The translations under genes and the position numbers were made by a program. Shown in pieces: positions 1 to 11,909 of a stretch of DNA of 64,000 nt (position 1 is its first letter; each line of letters starts with the position of its first letter). The stretch is taken from NCBI RefSeq assembly GCF_964188315.1, contig NC_135662.1, positions 73,160,001-73,224,000 of the forward strand, written 5' to 3'. The notes below the pieces were generated by a model. The model searched no databases, was not told where the DNA came from, and saw only the letters and a program-made list of their open reading frames with translations. Origin of the DNA: Podarcis muralis. Lineage: Eukaryota.

Positions 1-235
1 GGATTTGATATCCCACCTTTCACTCCCTTTAAGGAGTCTCAAAGCGGCTAACATTCTCCTTTCCCTTCCTCCCTCACAACAAACACTCTGTGAGGTGAGT
101 GGGGCTGAGAGACTTCAGAGAAGTGTGACTAGCCCAAGGTCACCCAGCAGCTGCATGTGGAGGAGCGGAGACGCGAACCTGGTTCCCCCAGATTACAAGA
201 CTACCTCTCTTAACCACTACACCACACTGGCTCTC
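1..235 (-). mobile_element. tRNA-head SINE, MIR/Ther1-derived (Squam3-like)
   Basis: Reverse complement closely matches the + copy at 35267-35505. It has tRNA-like A/B boxes and the MIR-like core GGGTGACCTTGGGC.AGTCAC. Confidence 0.8.
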
Positions 236-1760
236 ACAGCCCTAGTATGTAGCCCTCTGGAGACAGGCACACATGCCAAAGGAGGAGACCTGGAAGAAAG
301 ATGACAGGAAACATGAATCACTTAAACCTCTTCTCTTGCTCCTTCGGTGGAATCATGTGCAACATGATATTCTTTGTCCCATTAAAAACGAAAGATGAGG
401 TTGCCATTTTTATTTTATTTTTTGAATCAAAAAAATGTATGGTATCCACCCTAGCCACCCCTACAAGTTAGTAAGCCACATTGAACTCAGTGGGCCTTAG
501 TTCCAAGTAACATGAGTAGGATCGAGCTGGCCGAACCTTGTGATTTGTTTTGGATAATGCACAGAACAGCGTGTCGAATGCATATAATGCTCTGGCAGCT
601 TTGCTTCGGCCTTGACATCTCCACAAGCGAGGCTCCTTGGTCCTTTAATTTATGGTGAGAATTTGAATTCAGGTGCTGCCCTGTGGGAGAGCATGCATCA
701 TTATCTGTTATCTCCATAAATGGTCAGCTTCAGAGTGTGCTGTGGTTCACATTCTTTGGAGCCTTGATTCAAGACTGGAAAAGAGCAGGAAGTAGTAAAA
801 GCTCTCCCTTTCCGAACACCATATGCTGCCATATATGAGAACAACAGGATGTGTTACAATGCTAGACAGAACAAGTGTGTTTCTTTGCTCCAAGTGGTGG
901 GCTATGATGCTGTAGCCACCTGCTTGGAGTGGGCAAATTAGGCTGATGGGTGTGTTAGACCCCAGGCAAATATCAATGATGATAAAAGACCTATGGGTTT
1001 TCTTTTCTTTTTACAAAGCGTAGTTTTCCTATATGAAGTACCATGAAAGCTATTGAAACCGTCAGATGCACCATAGCACATCAATCTTAATACTATATAT
1101 AAAGATGACACTTTTGTAAAGCACTGAAATGCAAACTACAGGGTATATACAATGGATTGGGGGGTCTGACTTTAATAAATCTTCAAAATTCTATTAATAA
1201 TAGGATAGGGTGGGTTTTCCAAATGCGACTTGTTCAGAACACATTGTTTGGGATTTCTGAGACATCAGTTGAGTGGCAGACAGTGCTGAAGCACATTGTT
1301 AGTTGCTAAATACTCTCAGCTTGTCTGAAAACGAAAAACTTGTCGCAGGCTGCTAGTTTCAACTTAATAAGGAGAAGGTTTTGTGCACTAATTATATCAG
1401 AACTTTCCTCCCTTTTTAAAGATTCCTGTTCCGGGAGCTACTAGACTGTCTTAAGGTGGAGTTTGATCATATACTGGGAAATTCAGATTGTGCCATTGTA
1501 GCTGATTGGGAGCTTTTTCCACAACTAACTCACCTCCCCCAAAGATTTGGCTTCTTCGCAGTAAGAAAGGGATGGAGAATGACTACTTGCTGTAATGCAA
1601 CGTCATCCAAACTCACACAAAAAAAGTGGAAGTGAATGTTCAATGGCATCCAGTCTCCCTGCAAATAGATCAGGGTGCATGCTTAATAAATGGCTAACAC
1701 GAAAGTGCCCTCAGACCAAGTTCACACATGCATCTAATCATTCCTGCATATTCCTGTATT

Positions 1761-1828
1761 GCAAGGAGTTGGACTAGACCATCATCAACGTCGCTTCCAG
1801 CTCTACAATTCTATGATTCCATGATTCC
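1761..1828 (+). mobile_element. CR1 LINE 3' terminal fragment
   Basis: GGAGTTGGACTAGA...TTCCAGCTCTACAATTCTATGATTCCATGATTCC, the CR1 3' end with ATTCTATG-type repeats. Confidence 0.7.
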
Positions 1829-2231
1829 AGCCCCAGTGACTTCCACTTCACTAAGGTGGTTGCCACCCAGGCAATAACTTGGAAATCTTTCAGCAGAATG
1901 AAATACTTCAGCAGAATGAAAATAACCAAGTACAGTTATTATAATAGCAAAATGTATTGTCTGGCTTATTTACAGTTGTGAAGCTAAACATGAGCAAACC
2001 ACCCCAACAGGGGGGGAAATGCACAACTAATTAGAATTCCCTCAAAATCCATACTAACCTACTTGAAAAAACAACTCTAAAGGTGCATTAAATTTATTTT
2101 TCTGCAACGCGTATAAAGGTGGGCAACATTCTTCCTTCGACACCCCACAAAATGTTGCTGGAACTAAGGAAATAAACAAATATTTCAGTTGAGAAAGGCC
2201 TTTTAAACTCATCTCAAATGCGGACACATTT

Positions 2232-2452
2232 TTATTATTATTACATTTCTATCCCACCTTTAATCCAAGGAGCTCTAGGTGGCAAACACAATTTCATTTT
2301 TCTTCTTCACAACCACCCTTTGAGGTATGTTAATCTGAAAGATTGTGACTGCCTCAAGGTCACCCAGTGTGCTTCATGACTTTGTCAGGATTTGAAACCT
2401 GGTCTCCCAGGTCCTAGTCTGACACACTAAGCACTACACCACACTGCCTCTC
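2232..2452 (-). mobile_element. Older, diverged Squam3-like SINE
   Basis: Shares CAAGGTCACCCAG and CACTACACCACACTG..CTC with the 1-235 copy; (TTA)n tail on the left. Confidence 0.7.
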
Positions 2453-3259
2453 TCAGCTGAACTGTCTTGGCAGCGGTATGTGGAATATTATGTGTACCTT
2501 AATTCATGTACCTTAATTCAACTTTGGAATTTACTAGAGTCACAGTGAGTTTAGCTATCAGTCCCTCAATGAGAATATTTTAGTTACTGGCTATTCTGCC
2601 TCCATTTCCTTGTATATCCACAAGACAGCAGAAGCAAGTGGCTGTCCTATCCATTTCCTTCTGCAATAATTAAGATGCCCATGAGAGGATGCGTGCCTGG
2701 AAAAGGACAACGTATTTGTTATCTGTCACTACACAACAGAAGCTAAACTGGAGGATTAATTCCCTTTTGTCTTCTGCTATTGCTCTTAATTGAGATCCCC
2801 CCCCCCGCCCCTTGCACACTTTAGAATTCCATATATATCTAATTTCCCCGAATCAAAATTCACAACGGTCTGTTGACAGTGGGAGATTGTCTTTTTAATT
2901 AAAAAATCTGCCAGTCCCTTACAAAATGATACAATTTCCGCTTTAATGCCAAGGTCCACAATCAGTTTTTGATGTGACTGGTTGATATGAAGTGTATTAC
3001 TCCATTCCACGGTTTCTTGATATTTCTCCATGGACTTCTATTGGTTTTGTACCTTACATGCTGTTGTGACAAAAGAGATGAACTTGCAGCTACATCCATG
3101 ACATTCATGGGAGCTGATCAAGTCTCCAAATAAGAAGACACTGTTTTATGTAGGTTTCCCTAAAGACATGTAAGATAGATCGTTGGAGTGATTACGTTAA
3201 TTCATGGAAAATAACTGTATAAGTAACTTTTCAGAAATGCAATGATTATTGCCAATGAT

Positions 3260-3562
3260 TTGTTGCTGTTTAGTCATTTAGTCGTGTCCGACTCTTCGTG
3301 ACCCCATGGACCAGAGCACGCCAGGCACCTCTGTCCTCCACTACCTCCTGCAGTTTGGTCAAACTCATGCTGGTAACCTCGAAAACACTATCCAACCATC
3401 TCGTCCTCTGTCACCCCCTTCTCCTTGTGCCCTCCGTCTTTCCCAGCATCAGTGTCTTTTCCAGGGAGTCTTCTCTTCTCATGAGGTGGCCAAAGTACTG
3501 GAGCCTCAGCTTCACAATCTGTCCTTCCAGTGAGCACTCAGGGCTGATTTCCTTAAGAATGG
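3260..3562 (-). mobile_element. BovB (RTE clade) LINE 3' fragment
   Basis: Reverse complement of the BovB-like 3' end at 61007-61486. Exact 12-bp TSD ATTGCCAATGAT at 3248-3259 and 3563-3574. Confidence 0.92.
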
Positions 3563-3632
3563 ATTGCCAATGATACATCTATTAAATTTCCTCTGGCTTC
3601 TGGATGTTCTAATGTAGAAAGGCACCCATACT

Positions 3633-3722
3633 CATAGCTGTCAACGTTTCCCTTTTTTAAAGGGAAATTCCCTTATTCCGAATAGGATTCCTCGCAAGAA
3701 AAGGGAAAAGTTGACAGCTATG
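3633..3722. mobile_element. 90-bp hAT-type MITE
   Basis: Perfect 13-bp TIR CATAGCTGTCAAC/GTTGACAGCTATG; 8-bp TSD CCCATACT/CCCATTCT (7/8). Confidence 0.85.
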
Positions 3723-4216
3723 CCCATTCTTCACATTTGCTTTACTTGTAGATTTGGATATTTGTTTGCCAATCCTATATTTGATTCCAGATTGACAGTA
3801 GTAAGAAGCCAACACATACAGATGGCAAACTCTTTTAGAGAATCATACAGGCATTAAGCTTTGCTATGCAGAAAAAAGCTAAACTGGTGGGGAATGTGAG
3901 TATGGGTGTGTGTATGATTTCACCATCTTACCATCAGGTTGCTGCTATACCTTTATATTTCCCAGGCTTGGACGAAAAACACACGATCTCCATTGGTGGC
4001 CAAACCAAGCCGCCATGATTGTTGTACTGGGGTTGGAAGGGAGGGGACATCGGTTTAAAGATGTTCTGACTCAAATGCTATCCACAACCTCCCTTCTGAC
4101 ATCTTACTAATTCCCATCTGTCCTTACTGTTTTTGCCTTTACTACCACCTGAAAGGGAGAGCGAAGTTGTTGACTTAGGGGCAATGGTGTGTGAGAGAGG
4201 AAATTACATGAGACAG

Positions 4217-4266
<50 letters not shown>
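4217..4266. repeat. (GT)n(GA)n compound microsatellite
   Basis: Direct reading. Confidence 0.95.
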
Positions 4267-4269
<3 letters not shown>

Positions 4270-5685
4270 GCACATATAGGGCCAAAAACTCACAGTCTGC
4301 CCTTGAACTTGAGGTTTCTCCCTAGAAAAAGCCGGCACAGGGATCCTATTCTAGATCCAAAGTCTGGCATGGGGCAGGGAGATGTTATCCCTTTGCTCCC
4401 TACTGTGGTCCTGATGCAAATTAGAGCCCTGGAATTTGCTTGGGGAAAGGAAGTTGTAGGTGCAGGTGTGCACTCTGATCTGAATCAGGCCCCTGTGCTA
4501 GCTGTAGAAGAAAAGTTACAGACACCAAACCAAAACCACATGATTAATGTCATGTGTAATTTGTCCCTTGTCCTGCAGAAATGGAAAGAGAGGGCCAGAT
4601 TCAGCTCATCTACTGTGCTAGGAGAAGCCAAGGCTGGAGCAAAGTAGCTTTTTCTTCTCTCTCTCCACTTGCATCTGGCAAGCAGAAATACTTGCACTGA
4701 CAAAACAAAACAATCCTATTAGCGCAATGTTAAATTCCGCCCAAAGTTTGCACTTTTATAACTCCTGTTATCTACATCTTTTGCACGTATGAGGTTGTCC
4801 TATATTCCCACTGACCTCATTGGACTTTGGGTACATCTTACATTAAGTAGAGATGATGATGATAATAATGAATTATGCATGTGTTGCTGAAAAAAAAAAT
4901 TCATTTTCTTCTTTATTTCCTCCCGCTTTAATGATTAAAAAAATATAGTCAGTCAGGCTGCCAAAGTGCTGAACTATTTAAATGTGAAATCTATTTAATT
5001 CTGAGGTTTAATGCACCACTGTGTATCTGCTGTTTCCTGCTGTAGTACACATATCATGAATGTAATAAATCATTATGCTATTGCTGATGAGTTATAAATG
5101 CTCACTGTGCCACCGCAAACAACTGTTTCCTTCATAGAACTGACGGCTGTCGCTACCTGACAAGTTACCTTGCCATTTTTAAATGAGAGCCCGAGTGTCA
5201 AATAATATCACGAAGAGGTGCCTGGGCTCCTGAAGTGATTGATAAGTTTTTAATTATAAATCAAATTTTAATTCAGTTGCTCTGTTCGCTCAAGTATAAC
5301 TTATGAAATTTAAGGTATAAAATATTCATACGTGCAATAATTGAGTTTGTAGCGCTGGTGGGTCCCATTGCTCAGGGATGCAAAACAGCTCCCCCCCCCC
5401 CGCCCAATTGGAACGACGAGTTTTGTAAGCTATGTGAGGCACTAGTGAAGTGGCTGCTTGCTGTTCTGATAATGTCATTACTGGGGTACGCTATAGATTA
5501 TTACATAGACCTGTCCGCACCCCCATTTAGAAATAATGACAGCTAGGAATGTCAAAGAATTATGATGGCCAATGGAGTAAAAATTGGTAATGTTTGCTTA
5601 TTTGTCCCATGTCTAGAACAAAAATCAATGCAGTGAATATGTTTGGTATTCATCCCTGATGACTTCCGTCCACAAATGACATGTA

Positions 5686-5928
5686 CAGCGGTACCTCGGG
5701 TTACATACGCTTCAGGTTACATACACTTCAAGGTTACAGACTCCGCTAACCCAGAAATAGTACCTCAGGTTAAGAACTTTGCTTCAGGATGAGAACAGGA
5801 ATCGCGTGGAAGCGGCGCAGCAGCAGCAGGAAGCCCCATTAGCTAAAGTGGTGCTTCAGGTTAAGAACAGTTTCAGGTTAAGAACGGACCTCCGGAACGA
5901 ATTAAGTACGTAACCAGAGGTACCACTG
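5686..5928 (+). mobile_element. Tc1/mariner (Tigger/pogo-like) MITE, family A
   Basis: TIR CAG(C/T)GGTACCTC...GAGGTACCACTG flanked by TA on both sides; same family as eight other copies in the window. Confidence 0.88.
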
Positions 5929-8457
5929 TACAGTAATTGATTTTTCCCCTTTTTGTCTCATTTGCATTGTGTTTCCTTTGCATGGAGTGGAATAAATTAA
6001 TTACAGCATGTTACAAAAGTTACACAATTAATTATGAAAACTAAATAAGTTTGTCACAGCAGACAGTAAGATTAATAATGTAGTTTTTGGCAGAAGACAA
6101 ACGGAAGCAGAATGGGAACAGTTCTGCGTACAACAAATACAGGGTGTAATGGAAAATGATGCCTTCCAGGCAAGCCTTCCGCCACCACCCTTTAAAAAAA
6201 AAAAAAAAATCAAATTCAAACCCACCCCTCTCCATGACAGAAAATGCTATCCTGTTCTGTGGGGAACAAATAGCCCCATGAAAATGGGGGGGGGGGGAGG
6301 AAAGAGATTTCTGTCCCAGTGTTAATTAACACCAATTTAGTTACAAATGAGACATCTACAAGTGGTTCTCATTTAAACCTTGAAAAATCCTATCGCTTTG
6401 TTAATGGTGTTCAGTGAGTGGTGGTGATCAGTAAGTGGCTATGACTTGAGAAATGATTTTGCAGATTACACTGTGCAATCTCAAATGTGCTCTCTCTTTC
6501 TCTCCCAGCAATTTCAAAAACACATTTGCACAGTCTCTGAAAGGTTCATCAGATAGAGCTCCATCATTTCATACCATCTAGAATCCAATCCAATCCTTAT
6601 GGTAAATTGCCTTTAAACCTGACTCTGGTACAGCTCCATTGAAAATGATGGGTGGATACAACAACCATTTCCCAAATGTAGTTGTTCAGTCAGCTGCCAA
6701 TCAGAAATGAATGCTTTCCCAATTTATCAGGTGCAAGAGTAGTATATGTGGCAAAATGGCAAGCCATCCATTGTTTAGTGGGAGTTGGCAGATATGAGAA
6801 ATGGACAGCTGGACTTGACACTCTTCCACATTAGTTTTGTTGATTGGTGGTACTTCTGGCCAATCAAATAACCGCTTCTTGCTTGCCTGGCTATTTCCCC
6901 CCTTCATCCCTCCCCTCCATGTGAAGTGTGTCTTTGGCCTTCATTCCTTCGAGCTTCATTTGAACTTTCTTTATTTTGCCATCTGGGGAGCTTCAGAGAA
7001 GATGTTTGTTCTCCTCACCCACCTCTTGGCTCAGCGGAACGGATTGCAACAAAGTTTACAAACTGTTGAGTTAGAAGAATATCATCACCGGCTTCTTCCC
7101 ACTGCAAATCTCTTTATGAAGGAAATTCCACTCGGGGATACTGGCAAAACTCAAGCATCTTTGTCACTGTCACTGTTCATACCCTTCCCAATTTGCTGGA
7201 TATTCCCAATATCACTTCTGGATTTCTTGTAAATCAAAACCAAGCACTATTTGATTACCTCTCTCTGTAGTGGAAGGCGTTCCACAGCAGGAGATGCTGG
7301 GGAAAGCGTTATAGGATTTATTCATCTGTTTGCTTCCTTGGCTGGCAGTTTATTTCTAGTATTAGTTCCGTAATAGGTGGGGAATATTTTTTTTTTCTGT
7401 GACTGCTGTTGTGGAGCTTAAAAGGAGCCGAGATGCCTCATCTTCCAGACCAGCCCTAGTAGCAGAACAGTTAGCTGTTCATTGGGACTGAGAGCCGTTT
7501 CACACATTATGCAAAGCAAAACGAAGATGAGCATATAATCAAAAGGAAATTGCCATCAATCATTCTGCGCACACATGCTCATAAACCAGCATGTGCCCCA
7601 TTCACACTTTATGTTTGTAGGCAGGTCATGCAGATACCTCTTGTGTGCCGTTAAAAATATAATTTGTGAAATGACTCTTAGGGCGGAACTAGAAATGTGT
7701 GCAGCAAAACCTGGACAGCTGCTTCCATTAGGGCACAGCAGCTTTAGGTTTGAAGAGGAGATGTTGTGAGGAGAAGGGGGTATTAAATCTTGTTGATGCT
7801 ATCCAAAAAAGTCAGCCCATTGCAATGTAACAACGTGACAAAGTTAGGTTGATTCGTTTCCGTGGATCTGCTTTGAATCAAACTCATGACTACTCCCCCT
7901 GTATCTGCCTAATTTTCTGCTGCAACCTTTCCTCCCAGTCCTTCCGCTCCAGGATTTGAGATGCACATAAGGGTAAACCTGTATCTGGAATCTTGCAGAG
8001 GATAGACAGGTCGCTGGGGAGTAGTGAGTTTTGGCAGCAAGGGAAAAGCAGGAGTGTACATTTTGGAGATGAGTGTGCATGCAGTCATCCTGACAGCCAC
8101 CTGCACATGTATACATGAACCATGAACATGTGTCCTATGTAACACCTGCACAGAATAGTGTTAGGAAGAGCATGGTGAGAGAACATCACCTGTACTCCTT
8201 TGCCTCAGGAGGTCTTTATCTGAGACACTCAAACATCTTTTATTTCTCAGGAACACTGCATTAACTCAAGCCCAAAGGGAGCATTTAATTTATTTCTTCT
8301 TCTTCTTGCTTTTTCAAAGACTTTATGATAATTACCCTCAGCTGTTGCAAAGATAAAATGAAGATGACCAGGATAGTTTTATTTTTCTTTCCTTTGTTTA
8401 TGTTCACAGAGTTGTCCTGAGCAAGTTTCACTGCTGGGCCCTTTATTTAGTTTAAAG

Positions 8458-8669
8458 CAATATTCAATATGGCCCCCTGCCCTCCCCGAATATTCCAAGG
8501 GGGACACAGGTAAAATTATATAAATTATATAATTACAAAAATTATAAATAAAACATGTTCTATTTATAAATAAAATAGCTACCTTTCTACCAGTAGGCTA
8601 GGGGGGAGCACAGGAAGGAAACAAGGTCAGAAGGGGGCCACACAGTCGGGAAAAGGTTGAGAAACACTG
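8458..8669. mobile_element. hAT-Charlie-like MITE, left end degraded
   Basis: Right TIR GGTTGAGAAACACTG; 8-bp TSD GTTTAAAG (8450-8457) / GTCTAAAG (8670-8677). Confidence 0.6.
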
Positions 8670-8781
8670 GTCTAAAGAATGAAAACTCCATTTAGCAGCA
8701 GAATACTGTGACCCTTCAAATGTTTTTTGGACTCTAGCTGTTATCATCCACAGCCAACATGGCCAATAGCTAGGGAATTGT

Positions 8782-8992
8782 TACAGATAGGTAGCCGTGT
8801 TGGTCTGCCATAGTCAAAACAAACAAAAAAAAATCCTTCCAGTAGCACCTTAAAAACCAACTAAGTTAGTTCTTGGTATGAGCTTTCGTGTGCTTTCGTG
8901 TATCTGAAGAAGTGTGCATGCACACGAAAGCTCATACCAAGAACTAACTTAGTTGGTCTTTAAGGTGCTACTGGAAGGATTTTTTTTTGTTT
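8782..8992. mobile_element. Penelope-like (Neptune-type) mini-insertion with inverted arms
   Basis: 73-bp inverted repeat 8821-8893 / 8920-8992 (one mismatch seen), a 39-bp extension on the left, and an exact 15-bp TSD TAGCTAGGGAATTGT at 8767-8781 and 8993-9007. Confidence 0.8.
8900..8937 (+). ncRNA. Putative minimal type I hammerhead ribozyme
   Basis: GTAT-CTGAAGA-A-GTGTG-CATG-CACAC-GAAA-GCTC-ATAC: 4-bp stem I, 5-bp stem II, palindromic AGCT stem III, predicted cleavage after C8933. Confidence 0.75.
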
Positions 8993-10270
8993 TAGCTAGG
9001 GAATTGTGGGAGTTGGAGTCCAGTAACCTCTGGAAGGCTACAAGTTCCCCATCTCTGCTATAACACAATGACATTTAAAGAATAAGGGGTTTCTCCTTCC
9101 TTCTTGGCCCAGCCTGAACTTGGGACAGGATAAGCAGTGAACCTCTGATGAAGTCCACCACCTTCTCTCACCCACCCACCCACCCACCCACCCACACACA
9201 CACACACACTTGAGCTTTTCCCTGTCCATAACTTTTTCAACATAATAAGCCCAAAAATTATTACTGCCAGAATGTGTCCACATTCTTTGTGAAAGCATCA
9301 AAACCAATTTCAACCAGTCCCACCTTCATTTATTTTTTAAATGTAGTTTGTGGGGGGAAGCGTTTTCAAAGACAGTGGTTTAAAAGAAGTGAAAACAGAA
9401 CCTATTGGGGGGAAATTATTCTATACAAATAATGCATCATTCCTGTTTTGTTCAGCATTACCACTCAAAAATCAGAATTGCTACATAGGATAATGAAGTC
9501 ATTCAAAAGTCTGTAGGCAACAGACCAGTTCTGTATTTAATAACAGATAATATTAAGAACAATGATAGTTGCTAGTTTTGCCCACCAATATGGTTAAGGA
9601 CTGGACAGGCCATAATTTTTCCAGTTCTTGCCACCTCACCTTCAATCTCATCTATAGAAGTGCAGTAATTGTAGGAGGCTACCACTCTAAATAGGGCAAG
9701 GCTCAGTACACAAAATGGCAGAATCTCAGGATAAGCAAGGAAACCTTCCCTTCACAAAGGCACTCTGCTCATTCACAGAGGCTCTATACCAGCATCTTTA
9801 CAACAGGTGTCATGGACATCTTAAGGGTGAAAGCAAAAAGGTGTGAGGTTTCCTGGCTTCCCACACTGCTTTAGCAGAGGTAGAGTTGACACAATGAGAA
9901 CATCTAAACTTACTTTTTCCAACAGTTTTGGAATGAGAATTTCATTTGCCGGAAGATCAATATCTGAGTTTCAAGGAAAAAAACAAGATAATGAAACAAG
10001 TAGATCCCATCTCTGCAGGCTCAGTAGACTGCTATTACCATGGAAAGAAGGAAATATTCATCAGGTAAATTATTCATGGAAATGTTCGCTTCTTTGCAGC
10101 AAGCAAAATGAGGCCTTGTGCAGCCCTCTCTCTGTTTTGGGGGCACTGCTGTATCGACATTTTGAAGAGAGAGGGAAGGTTTCACCTTGAGTGGACGCAA
10201 GTGATTGATGCACAAGCTTGATGTGGAGCCTGGTCCTAGGCAGAGCTAGGCACGCCTCAGCCGATTTATT

Positions 10271-10965
10271 TCGTAGAATTGTATAGCTGGAAGAAGGACT
10301 ATTCAGGTCACTAATCCACACACACCCTCAATGCAGGAAACTCCAGTTCTAGTGCATTCCCTGCAGATGGTTATCCAGCCTCCGCAAGGAAACTTCCCCT
10401 GTAGAAAACTGGTTTCATTGTCAAAGTGGTCTTTCCATCAATATATCCCCCCCCCCTTAATGTTCAGCAGTAATCTATTCTCCTGCACCGTAAACCCCTA
10501 AGATCTTTCCTTACCCTTCTGAGCAGCAAAGAACAAGTATTCACCCTCTTCTGTGTGGCAGTGCTTCAGTTATTTGAATAATGTGATCATGTCTGCTTTC
10601 CATCTTTCCCAGGCTAAACGTACCAGGTTCCTTCAGCCTTCCTTCTGCATTTGATCTCCAGGTCATTGACCCATCATTCTTGCCCACCTCTGAACCCATT
10701 TCTATTTTCCTTCACTGTACTTAAAATGCAGCAGTCAAAACTGGATGCTGTACCCCAAATGAGGTGTCAGTAGCTGTGCAGAATAAAGTGGAACTCTAGT
10801 TGTTGTGACTTGCAAACTAGGGATCTCTTAATGCAGCCAAAGATCACATTAGCATGGCTGGTTTTATGTTCAGCTTCTGATCAACTACAATTCTGAAATT
10901 ATTTTGGCCTGTACTGCTGCCAGTCGAGGTATCTCTCATCCCAAACCTGTGCATTTGATTTCCAC
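10271..10965 (-). mobile_element. Degraded CR1 LINE 3' portion
   Basis: Begins with TCGTAGAATTGTATAGCTGGAAG (reverse of a CR1 3' end). Contains CCAAATGAGG and CAGGCTAAAC...CCTTCAGCC segments typical of antisense CR1 ORF2. Confidence 0.65.
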
Positions 10966-11148
10966 CCTTTCTTGTTTTGGGGACAGGGGTTGGGGGCTGA
11001 ATGCATAGCTTTGCACTTCCCTTTGCTGTGTTTCATTTTGTTAGTTTTCTATTCTATCGTGGTCATCGTGAATTGTATTCCTGTGTTGACATGGAGGGTG
11101 GGATGAGGCAGTCAGATGGGCAAGTGCACCCTTTTTGTTTGTTTTGCA

Positions 11149-11909
11149 TGTTGAGGTCCCCAAGCCACCCCTCAAATAACTCACAACACACACATAATTT
11201 TTGTTTAGGTTTTTGGCATGATTTTGGCCACAGCTTTATTAACATACATGATTGTTAGTGGTTGCTTAGGCATTGGTTAAGACTATCTGTTCCCCCCACC
11301 TGAGGACAGAACTGACTTCCAGATTCCACCGAAAGCCAGTAAGGGAAAACAATCTTGGGGAGAAATGGAGCTGAGCAACAGGCCCTCACTTCTCCCCGCA
11401 TGCTCCCTAGGTCTTGCCAGCCCTAGCCCCATTCCAGGGATTCAGACAAAAGCATGGCAAGCCCCTGAGTTCCTTTAACGGAATTCCCTTTCCGCAGCAG
11501 TGCTGGAGGGGCAGGCCCAGCCAATCCTTGCCCCTCCTCCAACCAATTTGATAACCAATGCCTAACCGCAACTTACAAGTTGTGACAATTTGTAAATGGC
11601 CCAGCCAACCAGCCAGATGGACAAAATTCCTACCAGGCCCCTGCCCCAATGGCAGACGACCCTATGACAGGCATAGCAAGGTCAATGCAGAAAACCCTTA
11701 AATTCAGGGCGGGCGGGCGGGCGGGTGTTCAGATGCACGTAGCAAAGAGAAAGTCCCAAGCTGCGTGCACAGAATATAAAGCGTTAGATCCCTCCCACCA
11801 AATTGCAACACATAAATTGCCCCAGCAACTCAGCCAACCAATCATTGCCACAGGCCAACTTTCCAATCCAGCCTGTCAACCGAGGGGTGGCCTGATAGAC
11901 CCCATCACA
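11149..11909 (-). mobile_element. Solo LTR-like element, related to 33047-33830
   Basis: TG...CA ends; poly(A) signal (TTTATT 11235-11240); blocks such as CCAATGCCTAACCGC and CCCCAAGCCACCCC are shared in reverse with the 33 kb copy. No clear TSD. Confidence 0.6.

Larger units (their letters stand above)
8705..9057. mobile_element. Short palindromic MITE interrupted by a Penelope-like insertion
   Basis: Left half ...CCCTTCAAATGTTTTTTGGACTCTAGC and right half GGGAGTTGGAGTCCAGTAACCTCTGGAAGG...GTTCCCCATCTCTG are roughly complementary and rejoin when 8782-8992 and one TSD copy are removed. Confidence 0.6.

Noticed and set aside
1886-1920. Short local tandem duplications (also about 2489-2520, 26005-26040, 56552-56583)
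   Set aside because: Ordinary replication-slippage duplications.
5084-5110. CTGATGA hammerhead core
   Set aside because: No GAAA after the putative stem II.
6837-7232. 131-aa ORF (likewise 4219-4647, 48372-48755, 58539-58959, 61818-62216)
   Set aside because: No domain motifs or splice context; lengths are compatible with chance or repeat origin.
9167-9210. (CCCA)n G-quadruplex-capable repeat and numerous poly-G/C runs
   Set aside because: Common simple repeats with no contextual evidence of function.
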